A DNA stretch of 64,000 bases, taken from positions 620,001 through 684,000 of the forward strand of contig NW_026250414.1 in assembly GCF_024521635.1 (NCBI RefSeq), written 5' to 3'. Made by a program: the position numbers and the translations under genes. Below the pieces are notes generated by a model. That model was not told where the DNA came from and ran no database searches. It saw only the letters and a list, made by a program, of their open reading frames with translations. Shown here in pieces: positions 26,225 to 38,918 of the stretch (positions within the stretch are counted from its first letter, which is position 1; the number at the start of each line of letters is the position of its first letter). Source of the DNA: Tricharina praecox (taxonomy: Eukaryota).

Positions 26225-28146
26225 TTAATCAGTGACGTTCATTTCCTCATCCCGTAGCGAAGAAAAGTTCCTTCGCGTGTACTCCCATAACGCCCAAACG
26301 GTAAACGTCAGGGCGAACAGTCCGGTTGTTGCCGCGGCAAACATCCCGATCACCGGACCGAGACTGGAACTGCGGGTATGGAAAATGTCCGTCATACCGA
26401 AGATTGCCTGGAACAGAGCACGCGTGAGAAAGAGGGGAGAGGATGGGAGGGGAGGGGGAGGGGAGTCGCTTACGGCTACGAGAGATGGCGGAAGGTATAG
26501 CATGCACATGATGGTGATCATATTCATGGACTTGGCGTACTCGGTTGCTTTCTCCGACAGCTTGAGCATCAGGCTGTTTTCCTTGCGAGCGAACACGTAC
26601 GGGATCTATGGGGCCAGCGGTTTCAACGGACGGATCCCACCATGCGCACGGCTGCCATGATGGAGTCACTTACGAGCGTGCAGACGAGCGAGAGAAGGCC
26701 TTGTGCGCATTCGATGAGATGCATGACCCGCACTTTGTGTTGCATGGTTTGGAAGAGGAGTTCCTGCAGCTCCCGATCGTACTTTTGGTGTTCGTCACGG
26801 CTGGTGTAGTTGCCTTGGCGCTGGAACTCCTCCATCCCTCGCCGGAGAGACTCGATGTTGGCGTAGTTGATGTCCAGCGCGTGCAGGAGCTGGTGGAGCT
26901 TCACCTTGTAGTGCTGTATCCTCTGGCTGTCGGGCATGACCAGTCCGGACTGGAGGTATTCGTCCACGAGGGCATTTGTCACGCCCGGCCGCCACATGAA
27001 TACCTTGGTGTCGAGCATTCGGAACTCTACGTCCAGGGCGTCGATATGCTCTGTCCAGTTCTGGCTCGCCGACTTCATCAGGAGCAGGTGTATTTCTTGA
27101 TCGTGGGCGTGCGCCTTTCCCGCCTTTCCCAGCCGCTTGGTCACCCGGTCCAGGTAGCTCTTGCGCCCGGGCTGGATCAGCACCCACGTGGTCCGGGATT
27201 CCTTTGGCTCGCGCTTCGCATACACGCCGATCTTGCGAGTGGTCCATATCGGGTGGTGGCCATCCGCGTGTGACGGCCGCTGCTCGACGTACTTGAAGTT
27301 GTAGCACAGTTCTGAAACCCCTCCGTCATCAGCTATCGTACGTACAGCACGAGCGAGCGACCGACCAGCCCGCAACATACCGAAAGTCTCCTCACGGGCT
27401 CCATCGGAACCACCATCGCTTGCTGGCGTAAAGTGCTGTCGATACACGGCATAATCCTCGTTCACCTCGTCCGTCTTTCCGCCAAAGAGGTGCAGCACAT
27501 CGAGGAACCCGGGGAAGATGGAGAGCCGAGAAACCAAGTGCCAGAGCATCTCCCAGCATATCGGAAGTTTTGCGAACGAGATGGTCGGCTGGATGGTCCT
27601 AATCACCGATCGATTCTTCTCAGATCACGACGTTCCCCTACCCCGGAAGAGCATAGATGCAGACTCCCGCGACGATGACTCACAGGAATATGTTCTGGTT
27701 GGTGGGCTTGTACGTACAATACATACTCGTCAGTACGGTACGGCGGCGAGCAGCATTTCACTCGCGGAGAACGAGTCGGAGACTACTGACTTTGACGGCG
27801 TCCAGGAGCTGTTTGACGGCCGTGGAAACGTCGCCGCTGCCCATTCCCGTCGATATGTTATTCGTGTAGTATCCCCCGCTAGCTGGGCCTTTTGTTCGGT
27901 AGATAGTATATAAGCGTCGGCTGGCCCGGAGTTTCGCGAGTACCGGGGGAGGGGGTGCCCCGATCCACTACCAAATAGAGTACTCGGGTACTAACCTCCT
28001 TCTATGCGACTACACGATGTTGCCGTCATTGACGTCACGTCGCCGAGCAGCCGCGCTGCTTTCTTCACCAGTCGCGCATGGTACCATTCGGCATCGACGT
28101 CGTAAGCGTGATTCTCGAAGTACGTGAGCCATCTGTCGGACGTCAT
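26225..28146 (-). CDS. CorA-like two-TM protein C1 (alternative start 28263)
   Basis: Spliced: IFPGFLDVLHLFG, ELCYNFKYVE, WTTRKIGVY, long helical region, MNMITIMCMLYLPPSLVA|AIFGMTDIF, second TM ending WALW. This is a CorA-type C-terminal architecture. Confidence 0.88.
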
Positions 28147-28683
28147 GGTCGTCGTCGGAGGTTTGGTGTGCGGGGGCTCGACGAAGACGGCGCACTCGCA
28201 CGCGACGATGTTGCTGTCGCTATCGCAGCAATCGCAGACAGATTCGGATGTAAAAGGGCACATGGGATGTGGGGAAGAATTATTGCAGTTGGTAGTGGGG
28301 CCCGAATGCAATGAATCGAGACCGGACGGAAGAGTCTCGGAAAGATTGGTTCGATCGGTGGGAGTAGGATGTAGGTATCTAGCAGGCAGGTAGGCAGTGG
28401 AATTATATTCCCGCTGTGCGCGCACACTCAGGACAGAGTTCTGGTGGGGGCTACAGTATAGTAGAGCCTACTAATTCGCGTGACGAGATGCACGAGGATC
28501 AGGCTGAGCAGCAACTGCCGTAGGCGTCCAACAAGAACTTACTTTTCTTTTCCAACCCAGTCATCAACTCCCTCCCCCACATATGAGCGAACACAACCAG
28601 CTTCGATCTGCCTCCCTATCCGCCCTCCCCCAGCGGTACTATTCTAGCCACCACCCAGCAGTTATTTCTCGCAGAGTCGCTAA

Positions 28684-29232
28684 TTACTCCGGGTTTGACT
28701 GGTCTTGAAGAGTGATAATCTCCTGCTGTAGACCCGATCGCGCCGTTAGCTACTCTGGGGTACATCGGCAGGCCGCAGGCAGGCAGGTATTCCGACCTCT
28801 GTAAGGCGACACGGCACCTTGATCCTCCAAAATATGCTAGTGCCGTACCCGGTAACCTCCTACATACCGTACGCCAGACCATCAGTATGATAACTATCCC
28901 GCCGTTCGTTCAGCCGGTTCGGTTTGGAAAAGCAGAGCACAGAGTGCGGACCTCGATGGACATCATTTCGCCTCCGAAAGACTGCCCCTTCCATTTCTCC
29001 TGTATGAAGTCTTGCAAAATGTTCTTCTTGATGTACCTGTAGCACACTACTTGTTAGTATAGGTAGTACATGGGGCGGAGTAGATATTGTGATAACTAAG
29101 TGCACGCTGGGACTCTGGGAGATGCTTTTGGCCGCTGACTCCTGCTCTCACGCGAGGGTGATGGGGGGATGAATGACCATACCTGCCAGAAAGGTCCTGA
29201 ACGATCATCACTTCGGCGGAGCTGCTACTCAT
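28684..29232 (-). CDS. small uncharacterised protein S3 (~79 aa)
   Basis: Exons 29232-29183, 29036-28952, 28859-28797, 28725-28684 give MSSSSAEVMIVQDLSGRYIKKNILQDFIQEKWKGQSFGGEMMSIE|EVTGYGTSIFWRIKVPCRLTE|QEIITLQDQSNPE*. Intron positions match S2. Confidence 0.85.
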
Positions 29233-31631
29233 TCGGTATTGCGTGTAAACTAGGTTTGGATCTGTTTCCTGGCGTCGATTTGCCGAAGTAGTGAAGTTGC
29301 TGCTCAAGGAAGGAAGGATTGCGATGATTGTTTCCGGCTTCTTGGATTCATTCGCAATCGGATTTGGCGATGATTCCTCCGTAGGCTCTATTTAAATGGG
29401 AAAAGAAACCTCAGCGGTCCGCGTTTGTAAATGGCAATGGCAATGGCGTTTAGTCGCCAGGCTGGCGAGGCGAGGCGGTGTGCCGTGTACGCAACCGACT
29501 ACACGGCAGGCTGAGTTTGAGTCGGCATGCTCGGTACATACTGTATGCAGGAGCGTACTAGAGTTGATTATTGGTTGGTTGGTGGGTTGGTGTCCCACCA
29601 TGTTATCTTCATACTTGGTGGGATGTTTCGACGGTTTGCGCAGTATTTCTGCGCATTCAAGTTGCGGTTACATACCCCTACCAGGGCTAATGTGCTTCGA
29701 GAGTAGATTAGTCGATAGTGCAAGACGATTGCATCGCGTTCCTCCGTTCAATGTTATCCCGGGGAGCCTACATTAATCACGAAAACGCCCACCCCGCAGC
29801 CCCCTATCAGTGCTCGGTGCTCACCATCGTCCGATATCTAGAGTACAGACTAGATACATGCATTATCTACCGAACTCTGCGAAGCCCACCTGGAGCCTCA
29901 TGCACATGTGCTCTACATGCGTTCACATACAGCCACGATTTGTTTCACCTCTTGGTTAGCTGGGTATGAGGTATGTGTGTAAGTTCTTGGATAACAAGTA
30001 GGCCTTCGGAAATTCCTGCGAATTTACACGGGATTGTGCGCTCTTCGCACGCGGTGGTGATGACAGCATTGCATGGAGTATGTAGAGGCCTCACCATGAT
30101 CTCCAGGATGTGACTAGTCAACTCGCTCATCACCGATGCCAACTTGCTCCATCTAGAGTAGTTATCCAATCAGAAACGAACAACACTGTGCGCAATGATT
30201 CTGATGGAGAGACTCAACGCCCATCGTGTCACAAGACTGGGGCTCCACGTCCAACGACTGGTGATCGCCTTTGTTACCTAGAGTAGTTAGCGGTGATCGG
30301 ACCCGGTCGGCGGTGAATTCGAGTCACTAGTAGTTGACTACCCCGCGACCAATTGCCAGCCCCAGCAACCCGCGACGATCATGTCAGCTATGTCAGCTAG
30401 CATACATGGGCACAGCTGCACATTTTGCACACAAACACAGCCGTGCTGCAAACCCGAGATGCGGATAAAACTAAAGGCTTTTAAAAGCGGTTGGCTGCAA
30501 GCCTGCAACGCGAACACAGCAACGGAGACAGCAAGCTGAGGGAGAGAAGCGCCCTATGGGATTAGCTACTTGTGTGGTTCTATGGGACAGGATGGTGATG
30601 ACGATAGCTGGGCTGGATGGCGAATTTGTTCGCGCTCGAGCGGAAGGACAGACACGATCATCGAGTTGCGGCACCGGCTCCGAAGGCTCAGCCCATCTAC
30701 ACCGAACCTAGATCAACCAGCAGACATCTCTCTATCTCGAGAGAGAGGAACACGGCACACACGGCACACACACGCACAACTGCTGAGCCCGACGACCCAT
30801 AACTCCCCCATCCATAAAGCCCGCTCAGGTGTTGCAACTCAGAGCCGAATGACCACCACGTCGAGAAGTAGCCTGCTCGCCCGAACTACGAACCGCGAAC
30901 ATTGCCTCCGTGCATGCTGCCGGCTTGGAGCCAGCGGGAAATCGAAGGACATCAATATCCGACGCTGCTCTTTCGATGCGGAGAAGCGGCGGGTCGCGAC
31001 AGGTTACCTACTTGCAGTACATACAGTCGGCCGACCCCTTGCTCAGCCTGCCTACCTAGTACATGCCACATGGGGGCAATCACTGGCCGGTGAAACATTG
31101 TTCAGCAAGCACACAACGGGCTCCGTTAGGGGCGCAGTTTTCGAGCCCACGCCCTTCAGCTCAGTTCGCGACGATGTCACTCTTTTAAGGTTCAAACGGA
31201 ACGATCGAGACTTGGCCACCCTGCCTGCCACGCTAAAGGTTGATTTGTGTTGTGGCCAATGATTCACAACGTTGGGACTTCGCCTGTTTTCCACTTCCAC
31301 TACAGCTCACCCAGCTCACAAATCATACTTCGGAAAGTGGCCTACTTACTCATACCGCGGGGAAAAAACCAAAAAGACTGCCAGCGCCCGATGCACTTGA
31401 TTCCTCTGGAGATGCACTCCATTGCTAGAGCTGCTAGCGGCTTCCTACTGGGTCCCGTTCCCCACACCGCCAGGCCGACACCACGGCAGTCAAACGGCAA
31501 GAGTCGGCTTTAGCCATGTAGGAGAAGGAAACCTGCAGGCGGTGTGATTATTATTGTGCATACCTAGCAGCAGACACACTTCGCAGCTTAAATACTCGCT
31601 GCCTACATTCACCGATCGCAAAAATGCGAAA
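29233..31631. promoter_or_regulatory. divergent intergenic/promoter region between S3 and S2
   Basis: Head-to-head starts. TATA-like TTAAATA lies upstream of S3 (~29390, minus strand) and of S2 (~31588). Confidence 0.45.
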
Positions 31632-32146
31632 ATGGGCAAACAACCCCCGGCACCCAAGCCCAAGCCTTCGACGATGTACCAGCAAGACCTCCCCACCAGG
31701 TTCGTTCCGTTGCGATGCGTTGCGATGCGTTTCCCACTAACTTCGCATCCCATCACATCACGGCCGCTCGCTGATGATGACGATGAGTGCGACTCGGATA
31801 GATACATCAGTCGCCACGCACTGCTCAAGTTCCTACGACAGCGATTCCCCAACGCCGCGCCGCAGGAGATGAGTATAGAGGTACGTTCGTTCGTTGGCCG
31901 CAACAGACACAGCCACAGCCTTGTGCCGCGCTGAGCTGAATGCTAAGCACGCGGCGGTTTGAAGGAGGTCGATGCGGCGTACTGGCGTATCGTCATTCCT
32001 GAGAGGCTCTCGCAGGTATGTAGCCTCCCCTTCAGCCGGCTGGCAGGTGTGCTTGGATGCTTGGTTTTCGGTCAGGACGTGCACTGAACATCGATGCCCC
32101 CGCTCCCCCGTCACAGGACGAAATAGATGAGATACAAAATATGTAA
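31632..32146 (+). CDS. small uncharacterised protein S2 (~75 aa)
   Basis: Exons 31632-31699, 31802-31880, 31965-32015, 32117-32146 give MGKQPPAPKPKPSTMYQQDLPTRYISRHALLKFLRQRFPNAAPQEMSIE|EVDAAYWRIVIPERLSQ|DEIDEIQNM*. Confidence 0.87.
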
Positions 32147-32565
32147 TGTGCTGGTGTACTTGAATGGAGGACCGTGGGCCTGGGTGGAGGTGTTATTCGA
32201 TCTGTGCTGGGTGTTTCAGAAGTTTATATTAGGTGTATCATGGGAGGGGTGAATTTAACGGTCTCAACCGCTGGCCTATAACAGCGGAGTCGCTATCGCT
32301 CCAGTGAAAAGTCGCTTTGAGCCTCGTGTAGACGGGCATAATTGCCAGTCGAACCAATCTCTCAGGATGTGTAGTGTAACTAACAGTGCTCCACCTGTGA
32401 TCCTCCGGCTGAGGTAGTGCAGATACGGGGGGCGGTTGTATATAAAGTCGAAAGATGTGCCGCACAACGCGCATCGCACATCGCGCATCGGACATTATCA
32501 GAGCCAGTTCTTCCTCAAGTCCCAAGTCCCAAAAGATTCACTATCCATCTTGCAGCGAAGCAGGG

Positions 32566-34823
32566 ATGGAGATCTACAGGCCCAGAAGCAAATCATCCGC
32601 GCCGGTGCCGTATTTCCTCGCAGGCGCCGAAAAGTATCCGCAACAGCACACACATACAAATACACGCCACGATCCAGCGCGCATCGACATCCGGCGGTTC
32701 GACGACCGCTGGAAAAGCGATTGCGACCGCGTCCTAGGCGAGAAAACTAGCATCGACGTTGTTTCGGTGGTTTATTCACACCCGCGTGGTGGTGCGGGGA
32801 TGAAGGGTATGTAACGTTCGTTCTGGGTTGGTTGCAGGCTGGCAGGCGGCTAATCAAATCTGCGCGTGCATGCATGACGGCATGCTGGATGTTTCAGGGC
32901 TGATAGTTGATGTTGGGGTAGAAACACTCACATTGAAAAGGCGGCTGGTGACCGACGAGGCGAGCCTGGCGGAAGTTCATTCGTCGTCGCAGAGTGGCAC
33001 GAGGGGACTGGCCTTGGCCGCTGCGAGATGTGGCTCCACAGGCTCCACCGGCTCCACGGAATATGCATCGTCGTCCGGAGACGAAGACTCTGAAATTGCC
33101 CTCTGTGCACACGCAGAATCTCCGCCGGCTGGCGCGCATACCTTCTTGTATTTATCCCCCCCCCCCCCCCCCCCCCCGGTCCGATCCGTGCGGATCGAGG
33201 GACTAAAAGAAAGCGCAGTTTTGTCAAACCGAGGATTTCGTACGGCCTGCTGCTGATGTCGAAGGACATACAGCAGAAGCTGCTGACGACGCTGGACGTG
33301 TTTCCCGCGTTCCTGGATATCCTCCATCTGTTTGGCAGGAAGCACGAGGAGATTAACGAGGATTATGCGGTCTACCGACAAGAGATAGTCTGGAGAGAGG
33401 AGGAGCAGGAGGCCTGGATCGCACCCAGTGTTCCTGAAGCATTCGGTATATTACCCTCGATCGTTTTGTGTTGTGTGTGCTTGTGAACCCGCGTTGACGG
33501 TGCTGTGAAATCGCAGAGATATGCTACAACTTCCGCTATGTAGTCCAGCGGAAGGGGAATGTTGAAGGCGAAGAGCTCATCTGGACGACGCGGAAGATGG
33601 GTGTCTATTCCAAGTTTGTGCCCGCGACCAACACGACCACGTGGATACCCGTGTATCCGCCCGATGAGGCAATTCCGCGCTTGGAGGAAGTGTTTACGAG
33701 CGATTCGAAGCGGAGGCGAGGAATGCGACATCATATCGATATTCACCTACTGTTAATGAAGACTGCAAGCCAGGACTGGCTGCCGTTCATCAACCATCTA
33801 GATAAGAAGCTGATAGAGTTGGTACGATGTCCTGTTCTCCGCCGTAGTTGACCCGAGACTTGTAGCTGACTGGCCCCAAGGACAAAAAGACGTACATGTG
33901 GCGGCCCAAACCGGGGAGCACTATCACCAATGAGCACAGAGACTCGGACTCCGAGTTGGAGCTGGAGGACACGCAGCGGGTGCAGAGATTCAAGATCGAG
34001 CTGCTGACGATAATCCACGCGCTCGACGTCAACCTAGCCAACATCGCCTCTCTCCGACGGGGAATAGAATCCTTCCGCAGAAAGACCAAAGTCTACATCA
34101 CTGACGACCTTTACAAGCAGTACGACGAAGATCTCGAGGACCTGCACATCCTGATGAGCCAGCACCGGGTGCGAGTCAAGAACCTCCTGCAGCGCGCCGA
34201 GAGCCTCTTCTCGCTCATCATCACCATCATACCATATATCTTTGCGCGCCGTGAAAACACCCTGATGTTCCGCCTCTCCGAAAAGGCCACCCAGTACGCG
34301 AAATCAATGAAGGTCATCACCATCGTGTGCATGCTATATCTGCCGCCATCCGTCATTGCCGTATGTTATTACTATTCTCCTTCCTGCCACCTGTCCACTC
34401 AGCATGCTCATATATATATACCAGGGCGTTTTCGGAATGGACTTCTTCCATCCGAGCTGGGACATCGCAATCATGTGGGCGATCTTCATATGCGCCACGG
34501 TGATTCTGGCGGCGTCGACCATCGGCCTCTGGCTGTGGTGGGAGCACAGATGTTTACGAGATGAGGAAGGAGGAGGTGGCAAAGTAGATAGCGAAAACAC
34601 AGGAGGAGGACGAGGAGGAGACGAAAATACGGGGGTGACGGTGGCGGAGACTCCGGTAGGCGCGGGGTTGAACTGGTGGCGAAGAACCTCGCGGCTCAAG
34701 TGGTGGCCAAGAACCCCGCCGCATATCTGGTGCAGGACAAACTCTGGGCTGGTGGACGTCGAGCGGGGCTCACCCTATCGAGAGAAGTATGTGGAGTCTT
34801 CGAGGAATCCGACGATGGGTTGA
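32566..34823 (+). CDS. CorA-like two-TM protein C2 (alternative start 32455)
   Basis: TATATAAA at ~32439. Spliced motifs AEKYPQQ, FVKPRISYG, VFPAFLDILHLFG, EICYNFRYV, WTTRKMGVY, MKVITIVCMLYLPPSVIA|GVFGMDFF, second TM ending WLWW. Confidence 0.88.
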
Positions 34824-35680
34824 GCGGAAGAGTAGGTAATACCGATATAATCAAAGCCTTATAGATAGGGCAGGCTGAAAGAGGAAGGTACATCGCTGGT
34901 GGGGACTTTATGGCGCCGAGGGGCTTGTATTTCGCTGAAGGGCAGGTCAGCGGAGGAACTGTTGTTTGGGCGGTGCGGAAGTTTGGATCATATCGACAGA
35001 ATGTGCGGTAGAGAGAGACGGAGAACAAGGGATTGAATTGACTTTCTTGCGTGGTAGAGATATGAAAAGAGCGGGCAACATTGGCGGTTTAAATACAACA
35101 CATCTGTCTTCCATCCTCGAGCTTTCTCTTTCCACATTGCGTATGCACACTGCGTATGCCCATTGCGTGTCATATCTTATCCCACATTACGCGTCCTGCC
35201 TTTCGGGCTTGCCAGGCTGTGGTGACGCACTTTTCTTCAGGAATGAATTTGGCTAGAGAGGATGTACGTAGCTTGTATTTGCAATACATGCTTTTGTTTG
35301 GTTCGGTTGAGGGATTCGCGTTCACCTTATTTCGTGCAAGCCGTATTTGGTAGTCACATCATAGTCAGATGCCCAGCACGAGATCCAAAATCGCCAATCC
35401 AATGAAGCGCGCCGGGAAGACTGATGGCTAATGCGCTAATCACGCGGCCTACCCACTATATCCGCCGGGTTCGTTCCTGCACGTGGCGGTGGAGGCACCC
35501 GTTACGCCCCGCGGCAAGGATACCTACCCACCACGGGCACCGAGCATCCGATTCTGGAGGCACCTTCGAGCATCACGGGAGGAACTCACCTGCCTAGAAT
35601 ATCGATCTGCTTCGCATAAGGGGCGATTTCACGCAATCAGTGGTTAGGACTGCGAGTGACCGGCCCATGTTTCCGAGTGA

Positions 35681-36001
35681 TGTGCCTATGATGACAAGAA
35701 CGATCACTACAGAGGACCCGAGCAACCCCCGGAGGATACCCTAAAGCAACTGGAGGTATTCGAATCAAGTCTGCGAGCGCAGCATAAGATACCTAGTGAT
35801 GTTGCACTGTTTGTGAAGAAAGGCAATCGCTACGAGTATAATGGGAAAGGCTTCTCTGGCAGGGGTACGGGCACGCAAATTCTCGGAAAACGCTCTAGGA
35901 ATCAAGCAGAAAAGGACATTGTCTGCTACGGCTGTGTAAAGAAGAGACACAAGAAGAACGAATGCCGCGGGCACTACACATGGGATCAACAACTATTCTA
36001 A
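35681..36001 (+). mobile_element. retrotransposon gag relic with CCHC zinc knuckle (copia-like)
   Basis: LKQLEVFESSL..ALFVKK..CYGCVKKRHKKNEC = CX2CX4HX4C at 35924-35965. No ATG start and no protease/pol follows. Confidence 0.55.
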
Positions 36002-38918
36002 TATAGGTAGACGGTTGATTCGCGGGGAGGGTTGAGCAGGGAGGGTCGGCCGGGCGGAGAGAGAACCGATATCGAGCTTGTGGCGAGCTGTCGGTGCCAA
36101 CATTAGGGTGGAAATAGATACGTTGTAATCTGCCATGATGCACTAATTTCAAATGCAATGTTGATTTTTTTTTAAAAAAAACAAAGGCCAGCAGCGCGAG
36201 GCGTGTCAGGTGATACCGCCGCGTGAGATCTAGTGCTCCAACGGTGATGCCAAAAACAAAAACCGTCACCACCTCCGGTGGGTGACTTGGAAACCGCAAG
36301 AGCTGGTGTCATTCACACGGCTGCGATTAAATGGGGTGAAGGCACGGACATCGAGTAAATGTAGCGGGGGGGATGGGGGGGCGTGGGAAGGATTGGAGGA
36401 TTGGGAAGGATTGGAGGATTGGGATGAACCTACCTACTCGAAACGCTTCAGAGTATACCGGCTCATTCAGACGTCTTAGCGCGTATGTCTCATGAACGAG
36501 TAGACACGGTACATAGGGCTCGCGTGGAAAGGGAAGGACTCCAGTGGGGGTGGGGAAGATGGCAAAAATCAGTATTCGACCGTGATATGGCCGCTGGACG
36601 GGCACCAGCCGCATCACCAGCCACCACAACCAACAGCCCGCTCGGCCAGAATTGCTCCGTCTCGACTTGTGTTTTTACGTTACATTGTGCTTTTCCGTCA
36701 CATTTTACGACAATACTACGTGGCTGTCATGTTACTTCTGTGGAGTGTGGCTTAGTGGAGTGATGATTCTTCACATTCACGTTCATAGATAAGTACTGTC
36801 CATCATGGCGCCCTCTATCCACGAAAATGCTTGTCACCACTTTGTCCATACCGTCGCCACTCATCACTATACTATTACCATCACCATTATACCGGTACAT
36901 GTTCACTTTCGATCTGGTAACAAAAAAACCCGCGCTATCTGGATATTTTACGCCTGTGTGGCGCCGTGGCTTTGGCACGTAACCAGGCTGGTTGTGCGGT
37001 TTGGTGATATGCACGATGGCTGGCGATATGGCACCATGGCATTGGCCTGTGCTTAGATAAACTTTAAAGAGACACATCGTCGCGTGCAGTGTCCCCTGCA
37101 AAATGTACTCTACTGCTGGTGTCTCACCGCTCCTACACTGCTGACGCATCAGCACGGATCGGTTGACCAAAATGACGCATTATCATGCAAGTCCTTGGTT
37201 GCTTCTCCAAAGGTATTCGCTGCACCCGAATTCTAAGTCACGATTTCTACATTTACCCCGCTCTTGAGTGAAGTCTATATACTACATTTACCTTACTCCA
37301 CCAAAAACCTATAAATCCGGGAACTCTCAAGTCCCGAAGTAACTTCCATTGAAGTGTCGTTCCAACCGCTGCCGTCCTCCTTAACCCACCCCATTCCGCT
37401 CCACAATTCTCCCGCCTCCGAATGTTCATCGCAAGACGAAACGGAAAGACGAAGAAGAGGAAGTCTACTATCAATGGCAATGGCAGATCTAGCGTCGCTT
37501 TGTGCGGTACTGGATACCCAAGTTGGCTGATCACCCAGTGCGGCGGGGCGGTGGATAGGGTGTCATACGGTCCGTTTTTGCGGCCGCTCCAGACGAGATG
37601 ACGGGTTAGTCAGGCTGGAGATAGAGATGACTATAGGCAGATGTCTCGGGTTACCGATATGAGCACGGATATCCTACATACAGGGCCCGGAATGAAAAAA
37701 GGCCACCGACTGAGGACTATTCTACACATCAACACCCGAGTCCCCCCCCTTACACTTCGCGGCTGTATTTCCGCCTTTCTAAATGTGCGCCCGCCGCGAC
37801 TCCTCCTGAAAACCTGCCCGTGACGGCCCGTCCACGACCTCCGATCGCCCTGCCCCGGTGGCGCGACCTTGCGCGTACGTATGGCTCTCGATTATCTCAC
37901 GATCCGTGCCACGAGTGCAGAGCTGGTTGAAGCCTTGGAGTTCCTCAAGAGCTGGCCGCAGAGAGATGAATTGATTGATCGCGGGAACGCGGGAAGAAAT
38001 TAATGCGTTGAGGAAATGTTGCATGCTCTTTGCGAGGGGATCTACACCAGCAGTGGCTAGATCTGTAGTACATAAGAGCCACGTACACTCCAAACTATAT
38101 TGCCGATGCCGGCCGATTTTTCTTGCGGGTTTGCTCCAGTCCTGGGACCTTGTAATCGTATATGTACTGGTTTTATGTCGCCTTTTAATAATCGACTTCA
38201 CACAGAAAAGATGTGCGAAACGGATTTACGACATCTTCGAATCCGTTTCTTATTGAAGTTGTTGTTGGAGAGAATCCGGGCCGGCACAGTGCCTATGGCA
38301 GAGGCTCTGCGTATTTAGTCCAATAATCGCCACCGTGTTCGAACCTACGTAGACAATCCGTATGTTGAAGAGGCTTATACTTAATCGGGCGGTGCAAGCC
38401 AGCAAGGTCAATGGCCACCTAGAGACCCTGAGTGAAACTTTGCAGCACCAGAATCGTTAAAAAAAAATGTTATCTCGACAACGCCCCGCAGGATGAACCC
38501 GCAGCAGCATGCCGTAGTTTCTCCAGGCACTGCCGCAAAATTGGAGCACATATGTATTTCCACTACCTTCCGACGACGACATCAATACTCTAATTCAAAT
38601 CCCACCCGGGCTATGGCGGAATACACTTTTTTTTTCTTCACCTTTCTTTTAGGTCCCGCATTTTGATGATCCGGTCACCCACGCTATCGTATGAATTGTA
38701 TGACCAGACTAGGCGCAGTGTGTTGTCGACGTGCGCTGCTGCAATGGGTTATGGTGTCGGTGCTCCTAAGGCGGGCCTGATAATACACTCCCGGTGTGAA
38801 AGTCCTAATACGGTAGCCTGCAGGACTATAAGGTGTGCCCCTCTCACTAGGAAAATCACCAATTCTTGCAATCTTAACATCGAGCGTGATATATACCAGT
38901 GCAGTGCCCGCACACGAC

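Noticed and set aside
26608-27273. 221-aa plus-strand ORF
   Set aside because: Antisense shadow of the C1 coding exon.
30570-31262. 230-aa ORF between S3 and S2
   Set aside because: Non-ATG start, no motifs and a non-coding-like composition; it lies in the divergent promoter region.
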